This document shows positions 9,491 through 17,796 of a DNA stretch of 64,000 nt, in pieces. A program made the position numbers and the translations under genes. The stretch is from Promethearchaeota archaeon. GTDB taxonomy: Archaea > Asgardarchaeota > Lokiarchaeia > Sigyniarchaeales > SOKP01. Below the pieces are notes generated by a model. The model had not been told where the DNA came from and did not search any database. It was given only the letters and a program-made list of their open reading frames with translations. Numbering within the stretch: position 1 is the first letter of the stretch; each line of letters starts with the position of its first letter. The DNA is taken from contig JBHLLU010000001.1 of the NCBI GenBank assembly GCA_048938895.1, forward strand, positions 1 to 64,000, written 5' to 3'.

Positions 9491-11860
9491 TTAATTTTGA
9501 ATTATTGGCAGTGAGAAATAAAACGTAGAACCCATTTTTCTCCCCTTTGATTCCAACCACATTTCTCCACCGTGTAATTCTATAATTTTTTTAGAAATAA
9601 ACAAGCCAAATCCTGAACCCTCGGCAATTATATCAAGACCTTGACCATATCTCTCTATCTTGCCGAACTGTTTAAATATTCTTGATTTTTCTTCTTCTGT
9701 GAAACCAATCCCATTGTCTTTTATTGAAAGAACTATGAAATCATCAATTATTTCTGATTTGATTTCTATAACACCACCAGGAGGAGTATATTTGACTGCA
9801 TTAGTTAAAACATTACTAATTACCTGATGAATTTGCTCCTTTTCAAACTGAGTTATTAAATTCTTTTGCACATTCAAATTTATTGTGTGATTCCTCAATG
9901 TTGAAAAACCTTTAATTTCGTTTACACAAACATTTACTAGAAATGATAGATCTTCTTCGTTTTTATTCAATCGAATTGCTCCTGACTCTAATTCTGCTGT
10001 TTTTAGAATATCAGAAATAAGAGTTTCAAGCCGTAGGCATCCTTGCTTGATTTCGTTTAAAGTAGATATCACCATCGCATCTAGTTTATCTCTATGCACA
10101 TTCAATAAGAGATCAGTAAATCCTTTAATAGAGACTAATGGTGTTTTCAATTCATGAGACGTTCTTCTGAGTAATTCCGATTTCAATTGATTTAATTTAA
10201 TTAACTCTTGTTGTGCATTTTTTCGTTCAGTAATTTCGATAAATGCTACAAAATCAGCGAGTTTCCCTTCAAACATCATAGTTTTAGTAAAATTCTCAAT
10301 CCAGATAATCTCCCCGGACTTTCTTACACCTCGAAACTGATAATTCTCTAGATAATCTTCAAAACCAGATTGTTTCTTTTTTACCTGGTCAAGAACAAAC
10401 TCCTTATCTTCGGGGTGAACAGTTATCATGAATTCCTCAGGTGACCAGCTTAACATTTCTTCTACTTTATATCCAAAAATATCAGCAAACTTCTTATTAA
10501 CGTATTTTACTAGATTGTCTTGAATAATTCCAATTCCAATTAAGGATTGTTCGGAAATATTTCTGAATTTCTCTTCAGATTCTCTTAATTTTTCCTCCAC
10601 CTTCTTTTGCTCCGTAATATCCTGCATAATGACTTGGATAAACACGTCCTTATTAATTTCGATTATAGAACTGTTCCAATATAACCAGATACGTTGTCCT
10701 TGTTTAGTATTAAAATATAATTCGACAGCTCCAGGATTTTCTCCTTTACTTACTATCTCAAATCTTTCTGTAAATAATTTAAAAAGTTGTCCAGTGTTTT
10801 GGAAGTACGGAATTATTTCAAGAAAATTTTTCCCTGTAAATTCGATATTAGCATATTCTGAGAGTCTTTTTAAGATTACGTTATTACTTTCAATCAAATT
10901 CCCCTTTGAATCAAATATAGAAATACCAATAGGAAGATTATAGAATAGATGACGATATTTATATTCTGATTCTTTTAATTTATGCTCAGATTGAATTCTG
11001 CTAGAAATGTCTATTAATGTCACCATACTTGCAAATTTGCCTTGAAATTTGATTCTTTTATTATATTCTTCAACCCATTTGATATCTCCACTTTTAGTAA
11101 CTAATCGAAACACTGAACTTGACTGTTCATCAAGATCGCCAATTTCACTTCTTTTCAAACGATTCATGATACTCTCTAAATCTTCGCTAAAAATTGTTTT
11201 TACTAAATCGAATCCTGTCCACTGTAACATTTCATCAACCGAATAACCTATGATATCTGAAACACCCTGGTTAATATACTTAAAGATACCATCTTGAATT
11301 ATAAAAATGCCAAATAAAGATTGCTCTGTGAGCATCCTGTATTTCTCTTCTGATTCTATTAATTTTTGTTCTACTATTTTTTTTTCAGTAATATCTATTA
11401 TTATTTCAAGTACTTTATCAAAAGTTCCGTCAAAATTAGGATAAGGAGCAGATATTATTTCATATATTCTATTATCAACTGCTTTTAATTCATTCCTATT
11501 AACTTCCTTTGTTTCTAATGTTTCTTCCATTTGACAGAAACTACATTTACTTTCTTCACCCATATATTTTTCATAGCAAATTTTACCTTCGCAATCTCCA
11601 AAAGTATCTCTCAATACCTCATTTTGATATAAGATTTTAAAATCTTTTGAAATTATATCAATACCAAATCCTATATTAGTTAGAACGGTTATAAGAGAGT
11701 GATATTTTTCCTCCGAACCTTTAATGATTAATGTTCTTTTTTCAACCTTCTTTTCTAATAATGAAATAATTGTTTGAAAATCATCTTCTGGATTTTTTAA
11801 CAGATTCTTTAGTTCTTCACATTCAGATAAAGAAAAAACACTTGATTCTAAATCGATCAT
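9491..11860 (-). CDS. Multi-PAS sensor histidine kinase
   Basis: PAS/PAC repeats ending DITE, H-box SHELKTPL, NAVKY, DNGIG, GFGLFI. Confidence 0.93.
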   Translation of the reverse strand: MIDLESSVFSLSECEELKNLLKNPEDDFQTIISLLEKKVEKRTLIIKGSEEKYHSLITVLTNIGFGIDIISKDFKILYQNEVLRDTFGDCEGKICYEKYMGEESKCSFCQMEETLETKEVNRNELKAVDNRIYEIISAPYPNFDGTFDKVLEIIIDITEKKIVEQKLIESEEKYRMLTEQSLFGIFIIQDGIFKYINQGVSDIIGYSVDEMLQWTGFDLVKTIFSEDLESIMNRLKRSEIGDLDEQSSSVFRLVTKSGDIKWVEEYNKRIKFQGKFASMVTLIDISSRIQSEHKLKESEYKYRHLFYNLPIGISIFDSKGNLIESNNVILKRLSEYANIEFTGKNFLEIIPYFQNTGQLFKLFTERFEIVSKGENPGAVELYFNTKQGQRIWLYWNSSIIEINKDVFIQVIMQDITEQKKVEEKLRESEEKFRNISEQSLIGIGIIQDNLVKYVNKKFADIFGYKVEEMLSWSPEEFMITVHPEDKEFVLDQVKKKQSGFEDYLENYQFRGVRKSGEIIWIENFTKTMMFEGKLADFVAFIEITERKNAQQELIKLNQLKSELLRRTSHELKTPLVSIKGFTDLLLNVHRDKLDAMVISTLNEIKQGCLRLETLISDILKTAELESGAIRLNKNEEDLSFLVNVCVNEIKGFSTLRNHTINLNVQKNLITQFEKEQIHQVISNVLTNAVKYTPPGGVIEIKSEIIDDFIVLSIKDNGIGFTEEEKSRIFKQFGKIERYGQGLDIIAEGSGFGLFISKKIIELHGGEMWLESKGRKMGSTFYFSLPIIQN

Positions 11861-12069
11861 AGTTCATCATTTACATAAAGAGTAAGTAAATAATTTCTAC
11901 CAAAATTGTACAATGATAATATTAGAAATTATTTTTATAATTTAGTAAAAAAATATATAAAGTTTTTTTTAAAATCATTTATAATATGGAACTTTTCAAA
12001 TTAATTAGAGAAGTATTTTTACAATAAGTCATTAATTTTATCCAATCCTCGGAATATCTTAGTTTTCAA

Positions 12070-13014
12070 ATGAGAAAATCTGGATTTTATGATATTGTTC
12101 GAACTGAATATTTACATATTTCATTACCAGAAACAGGTCATTTCAGTATAGGAACATCACCTTATTATGCACATCAGCATGGACTTGCTATAGACATTTA
12201 TCAGAATCTATCTTTAGAAAACTATGAAGTGTTAAGTCCTGTTGCAGGTAAAGTATTGAAAATTAAACCTTTGATCGCTCCAAAACCTAAGTTTATTGGT
12301 GGAATTGCTAAAGATTTCTTGATTTTAATTAATAATCCATCTAATCCAAAATTAATTTGGAAATTAATGCATGTAAAACCATCCATTCGAGTTGGGGACG
12401 AGATAAATATTGCAGATCCATTAGGAAAAACAATTCGAAATGGCTATTTTGCTTACTGGTCAAGTCCACACCTACACCTAGAAGTAAGGCCATCTGATGA
12501 TGCTATCCGAGCTCGAGGTGGGAAAAATTTCACTTTAATATCTGAAACAGAAGAAAACCAAGGAGATGTAAAAAAAAAGTTAGACTATAGGGATGTTCCA
12601 GTAGAAATTGTAGAAGTTCATCCTGAGTTTTTACTCGTTAGATTTCCAGAATCGTTCTACTATAAGATAACCCCTATTCATGGAATTAGGGTAGTTGTTA
12701 ATCAAGATTATTGTTTATTAGATGGAGGAATCCCTCATTACAAAGTCGGGACTGTTATTTCGGATCAATATCATCTTTTTAAAGTAAATAATTCAGTATA
12801 TCTAGGTACTAAAAAAATAGGAACATTACATGAAACTAAGGAGCAATTTGGGTTTCTCAAATTTAATTCTATAAAGTTTTTCATTAATGATAAAGAAATT
12901 AGGGGAATTTCACTTTATCTAGCTAAATTCTTACCATTAGTTAAGATAATTCCCTACGAGAAGAAACAATTCTCTTTTAAACCAAATTCTATTCAATGTT
13001 TAAGTATCTCTTGA
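12070..13014 (+). CDS. M23 peptidase-like (LytM fold) protein
   Basis: HGLAID (HxxxD), SPVAGKV and PHLHLEV (HxH) motifs. Confidence 0.65.
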   Translation: MRKSGFYDIVRTEYLHISLPETGHFSIGTSPYYAHQHGLAIDIYQNLSLENYEVLSPVAGKVLKIKPLIAPKPKFIGGIAKDFLILINNPSNPKLIWKLMHVKPSIRVGDEINIADPLGKTIRNGYFAYWSSPHLHLEVRPSDDAIRARGGKNFTLISETEENQGDVKKKLDYRDVPVEIVEVHPEFLLVRFPESFYYKITPIHGIRVVVNQDYCLLDGGIPHYKVGTVISDQYHLFKVNNSVYLGTKKIGTLHETKEQFGFLKFNSIKFFINDKEIRGISLYLAKFLPLVKIIPYEKKQFSFKPNSIQCLSIS

Positions 13015-13024
13015 GATTATTCAT

Positions 13025-13897
13025 TTAGATGTGTTCTTTAGGAGGTCCGTATCGTATTCTTTCAATCATTTTTTCGGTAGAATTCTTAAACCTAAGAAGA
13101 TTTATGTTTTCACACCACCATGTAACTCCTACTTCCTTATATGGCTTTATAGCATTATATGCTTCAGAAGGATTATTTGGTGTATTTCCTGCGATAATAA
13201 TATCATATTGGCTAGAATTCATTCGATTTTGATTTATAAAGTTAATGATCTGTTTTACTTCTGCTGGAGTTAATTCTTGAGGCCAGTTTGCATGAATGGG
13301 AAATACTCCATCAAACTTGGATGCCCTGAGAAAGGGTTTTTTATTTGGCCACATTCCAGCAACCCAAATCGGAACTTTATTATTAACTGGTGTAGGTATA
13401 AATTTTACATTTTTAATTTGATAATAATCTCCTTCATAACTAAAATCTTTACCTGATAGGAGTCCAAGTAATACATCCAAACCTTCATCCAATTTTTTCG
13501 CTCGTAATGTATTATCAAATTCTTCACCAAAAGTTACAAAATCATAATCTGGGGCACCCAATCCAACACCGAATATTAATCGTCCGTTAGAGAGCTGGTC
13601 TAATGAAACAACTTCACGAGCTAGTTTCCAAGGGCGTCTTCTCGAGATTGGAGTGATTAATGGACCTATCTTGATTTTTTTTGTTTTCATTGTTATAGCA
13701 GAAAGTAAAATCCAAGGATCGAGGACATTTACATTTAAACCTTCCATAAACACCATATGATCCCACAGAAAAAACCCATCCCACCCATATTTTTCTGCTT
13801 CCTTAGCCATTTCAGCAAAATAAAGTGGATTGTTATAATTGCCAAAATTAGGAGTATATACTGCAAATTTCACGAGCTCACCCTTTCCATAATTCAA
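13025..13897 (-). CDS. LLM-class flavin/F420-dependent oxidoreductase
   Basis: AEKYGWDGFFLWDH, DPW, RRRPWKLARE, LDQLSNGRLIFGVGLG. Confidence 0.9.
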   Translation of the reverse strand: MNYGKGELVKFAVYTPNFGNYNNPLYFAEMAKEAEKYGWDGFFLWDHMVFMEGLNVNVLDPWILLSAITMKTKKIKIGPLITPISRRRPWKLAREVVSLDQLSNGRLIFGVGLGAPDYDFVTFGEEFDNTLRAKKLDEGLDVLLGLLSGKDFSYEGDYYQIKNVKFIPTPVNNKVPIWVAGMWPNKKPFLRASKFDGVFPIHANWPQELTPAEVKQIINFINQNRMNSSQYDIIIAGNTPNNPSEAYNAIKPYKEVGVTWWCENINLLRFKNSTEKMIERIRYGPPKEHI

Positions 13898-15090
13898 TAA
13901 TGTTCATGGATATATCGAATTAAATCACCCATGATTTTTGGATCACATCCTTTTAAGAAAGATTTCAATTTACCAACCGCTTTATTGGGATTAACATCTA
14001 ATAATGTAATTTCACATCCTGTACCGGGAATGTAACTAATTTCTTTTTCAAGTGGCCAATGAGATAATTGCATCAGAATAGTATTTTGGAAAAGAATTCC
14101 GCTCTTTTCTAAAAACATATTTTTATTATTATAGTTACCAATTATTATGGGTAATTTCATCAAACGCTTTGATAAGACTTTCGCAAAATATTCAAGTGAA
14201 ACATCTTCATCAAGGTTAAATGCATCTAAACCTTCTAATCTTGCGAATGGTTTAAATAATTTTGTTGTGTCACCGCAAGCATGGAAAATAACACTTTTAT
14301 TTTGATCTTTAATATTTTTTATCAGTTGATTCATAGGTTTTACTAGAAATTTAGAAAAATGTATACTTTCAATATTCATAGCATGTGGTTCAAGAATACA
14401 GATGATTTCGTAGCCCTCTTCAATCAAGTAGTCTATAAATACATTAATTGCTTTAATAGCATAATCAATCCATTTACTTAAGAGATTCTGCATAGATTTA
14501 TTTACTTCTGACTTACTAGTTTTAGCAAATAACATAATAGCTGCAGGACCAATTAGCTGATTTATTAAAGTGAGAGGTCCTGGAACATATCCCATAAGAA
14601 TTTTTTTTTTGAGGATTGAAGAATTCTTTTTCAATCTACTAAATTTCCCATTTCTTGATAAAATAAAATCCCTCTGAGGATCTGGAAATTCTAAAGAATT
14701 TTTATCTATATCTTCTTGAATTAAAAATGGTTTAATATCCATGGCTCCTGTAGAAGAAAATTGAGTCACATTTCCAAATTGATTTACATTTGCAATTGCT
14801 TGTGCTAGTTCTGTTAAGTCCATAAAAGGAGATAAAATCTGAATATCAGCAACATCGCTAATTTTATTATGAATCCACTCATTAACCTCGATTTGCTTTT
14901 CTGGGTTCGATCTCACATCCAAATAAGAATAATATTGATCTTTCCTCTCGTTAAATAGAGAAATATTAAATGGTTCTAATAAGGCATCAATAGCTAATAT
15001 CGGGAAACATACATTTTTACCACGTCTTCGTTGATTAACTAATTCCCTTATTGACGTCTTGTTCGAATGGAATTTTTGTTTAGAATCCAT
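13894..15090 (-). CDS. Uroporphyrinogen decarboxylase/MtaA-CmuA superfamily protein
   Basis: GYVPGPLT, FHACGDT (HxC), GTGCEI; start probably MDSKQK at 15090 (ORF open to 15147). Confidence 0.75.
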   Translation of the reverse strand: MDSKQKFHSNKTSIRELVNQRRRGKNVCFPILAIDALLEPFNISLFNERKDQYYSYLDVRSNPEKQIEVNEWIHNKISDVADIQILSPFMDLTELAQAIANVNQFGNVTQFSSTGAMDIKPFLIQEDIDKNSLEFPDPQRDFILSRNGKFSRLKKNSSILKKKILMGYVPGPLTLINQLIGPAAIMLFAKTSKSEVNKSMQNLLSKWIDYAIKAINVFIDYLIEEGYEIICILEPHAMNIESIHFSKFLVKPMNQLIKNIKDQNKSVIFHACGDTTKLFKPFARLEGLDAFNLDEDVSLEYFAKVLSKRLMKLPIIIGNYNNKNMFLEKSGILFQNTILMQLSHWPLEKEISYIPGTGCEITLLDVNPNKAVGKLKSFLKGCDPKIMGDLIRYIHEHY

Positions 15091-15139
15091 AATAAATAAA
15101 AATATATCAAGAAATTTATAGAAATTGAAAATATTAAAT

Positions 15140-17407
15140 TTACTCAATAATATTTGAGATTACTGGAAGAGAAAAATAAAAAGTTGAACCTTTACCTCTT
15201 CCTCGTGATTCCAACCATAAATTCCCTCCATGTAATTCAATTATCTTTTTTGAAATAAATAATCCAAGCCCAGATCCTTCAGAGATGATATCAAGGCCTT
15301 GACCATACCTTTCAATCTTTCCAAATTGAGTAAATAATCTTTTCTTTTCTTCATTTGTAACTCCTATCCCACTGTCCTTTATTGATACTACAATAAAATC
15401 ACCCTTAACTTCCGAATCAATTTCGATAGTACCATTTGGAGGAGTATACTTTATAGCATTATTTATAAGATTACTTATAACTCGATGGATTTGCTCTGGT
15501 TCAAAATAAGTTATCATTTTATCTTTAATTTTTAAATTAATCTTATGATTTCTTAAACTAGCCAACCCTCGTAACTCCCTTACACTCAATTTTATAAAAA
15601 AAGATAAATCCTCCTCAACTTTTTTAAGTTGAATTGTTCCCGATTCTAATTCAGCTGTATTTAGGATATCCTGGATAAGGCTTTCAAGACGTTCACATCC
15701 TTGCTTAATTTCAACAATTGAAGCAATAACATAATCATCTAGACTGTCTCTATGTACACTTAATAATAAATCCGCATATCCCTTAATAGACACCAAAGGT
15801 GTTTTCAATTCATGAGAAGTTCTTCGCATCAATTCTGATTTTAAACTATTCAACTTAACCAGTTCCTGTTCTGCTTCTTTTTTTTCTGTAATATCCATAA
15901 TTGTCACTAATTCAGCGGATTTTCCTTTATACATTATTTCTTTTGAGAATTGATCAATCCATTTCTTTTTCTCAGATTTGGTGAAGACTTGATAAGAATA
16001 ATAGGGTTTTGTATTAGGGTCGCCCTGACGTAGTTTATTTCGATAATTCCTTAAGTATTCAAGATCATTTGGCTCAATTAGCTTTATTAAATTATCTTTT
16101 GTCCAGTTTTTGATATCATCTTCTGAAAATTCAAACATATCAAGTAAAGCTTTATTTACATATTCCACTTTATCATCCTGAATTATTAATACACCCATGA
16201 ATGATTGTTCAGCTATTATTCTGAACTTTTCTTCTGATTCTCTTATTTTTTGCTCAGCTTCTATTTTGTCAGTAATGTCAAGCGTCATCACTAAATCAGC
16301 GGGAGAGCCTTCATAAATGATTGTCTTTGAAAAAATATCAAGCCACCTAATTACTCCATCCTTTCGAATTATCCTAAATTCATATTGATTTTCAACATCA
16401 GGATCACCTGCTTGTTTTTTTGTAGCTTGTTCTAAAACAAAATCTTTATCGTTTGGATGTATGATTTTGGCAAACTCATTAGGAGTCCAACTTCTTATTT
16501 CATCCATAGAATAACCGTTGACTTCAGAAATTCTTTTATTAAAATATTTATATAATCCATCTTGAATTACTGCTATTCCCATAAATGACTGATCAGCAAT
16601 ATTTCTGAACTTTTCTTCAGATTCTTTTAATAGTTTCTCCGTTCTCTTTCTTTCAGTTATATCTGAAACAAATGCGATGGTACCTTCATAAATATCATTT
16701 TTCCCAAAGATTGGGGAAGATCGTAACCGTAAATAAACTTTTTTGCCATCTTTATGAATCATTTCAATATCTCGGTCTTCAGAAATACCTTTTTTCCTTC
16801 TTTCAATCGCTATTTCAGTTTTTTTCTTCTCGTTATCCTCCATAAAGGAAAATACACTTTTACCAAGCATTTCATCGACGGAATATCCTAAAATTCTTGC
16901 TATACTTGGATTAACTAAAATTGTATTTGCATTTGGATCTATTGCCCATAATCCTTCCATAGCATTTTCGATAAGGTGATTATATCGCTTTTCTGCTTCT
17001 TTTAACTGTTTTTCTGATCTTTTTTGTTCTGAGATATCTCTAACTATAGCAAAAATTCTGGGTTTCCCATCCATTTCTACTATTCTTCCACTAGCTGCTA
17101 CAGCTATATAATGTCCTTCTTTATGGATTGTCCGATATTCTATATAGATTTTTTTTCTGTGTTTTATTGCTTCTGCTAATACTGCAACTGCTTTTTGTAT
17201 GTCATCAGGATGCATAAAAGTAAAACCACTTTTGCCTATGAGTTCATCTTGCTTAAATCCAGAGATATCATAACTTTGAGGGCTCACATATAAGAAATTT
17301 CCTTTTAAATCTAACACAATAATTATATCCATGAGGTTAGCAATTATATTCTTATACATACCTTCAGAAACGTCTAAAAATTTGTAGTTGTCGTAATTTT
17401 CCTTCAA
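15140..17407 (-). CDS. Multi-PAS sensor histidine kinase
   Basis: Four PAS/PAC units, SHELKTPL, NAIKY, DSGIG, GLGLFI. Confidence 0.93.
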   Translation of the reverse strand: MKENYDNYKFLDVSEGMYKNIIANLMDIIIVLDLKGNFLYVSPQSYDISGFKQDELIGKSGFTFMHPDDIQKAVAVLAEAIKHRKKIYIEYRTIHKEGHYIAVAASGRIVEMDGKPRIFAIVRDISEQKRSEKQLKEAEKRYNHLIENAMEGLWAIDPNANTILVNPSIARILGYSVDEMLGKSVFSFMEDNEKKKTEIAIERRKKGISEDRDIEMIHKDGKKVYLRLRSSPIFGKNDIYEGTIAFVSDITERKRTEKLLKESEEKFRNIADQSFMGIAVIQDGLYKYFNKRISEVNGYSMDEIRSWTPNEFAKIIHPNDKDFVLEQATKKQAGDPDVENQYEFRIIRKDGVIRWLDIFSKTIIYEGSPADLVMTLDITDKIEAEQKIRESEEKFRIIAEQSFMGVLIIQDDKVEYVNKALLDMFEFSEDDIKNWTKDNLIKLIEPNDLEYLRNYRNKLRQGDPNTKPYYSYQVFTKSEKKKWIDQFSKEIMYKGKSAELVTIMDITEKKEAEQELVKLNSLKSELMRRTSHELKTPLVSIKGYADLLLSVHRDSLDDYVIASIVEIKQGCERLESLIQDILNTAELESGTIQLKKVEEDLSFFIKLSVRELRGLASLRNHKINLKIKDKMITYFEPEQIHRVISNLINNAIKYTPPNGTIEIDSEVKGDFIVVSIKDSGIGVTNEEKKRLFTQFGKIERYGQGLDIISEGSGLGLFISKKIIELHGGNLWLESRGRGKGSTFYFSLPVISNIIE

Positions 17408-17649
17408 AATATTCTCAACCGAGTTAGGTTTATTTTATAAAAATTAAATTTACTATGCAAACCTTAGAAAAAAAAAGAAATATTTAACCATTTACATTAT
17501 ATTATTTTTACAGGGATGAGGTATCTAGAAATATTTTAATAAAAAAAAGAATATAAATTCAATAATAATGATGTTAAATAAAACTGTTTTCAGGTATTAT
17601 TTAAAAGAAAAATTACTTTTAGATGAATTACTCACAGTTTTATTACTAT

Positions 17650-17740
17650 AAGCGACACAAATCTCTATGTCCTTATCCTTTTAAAAATACCACAGATTTG
17701 TTCGCTTTGTTGGCATTTTTATAATTACTAGGTCATAGAG
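17650..17740. ncRNA. Candidate structured RNA (pseudoknot-like) upstream of leuS
   Basis: AAGCGA-C-ACAAATCT (17650-17664) pairs with AGATTTGT-TCGCTT (17694-17707); CTCTATGTCCT (17663-17673) pairs 10/11 with AGGTCATAGAG (17730-17740). Confidence 0.35.
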
Positions 17741-17796
17741 TTATAATCTATAAAAAAAAATCAAAAAAGAAAATTAAATTTAACATGTGAAGAAAA

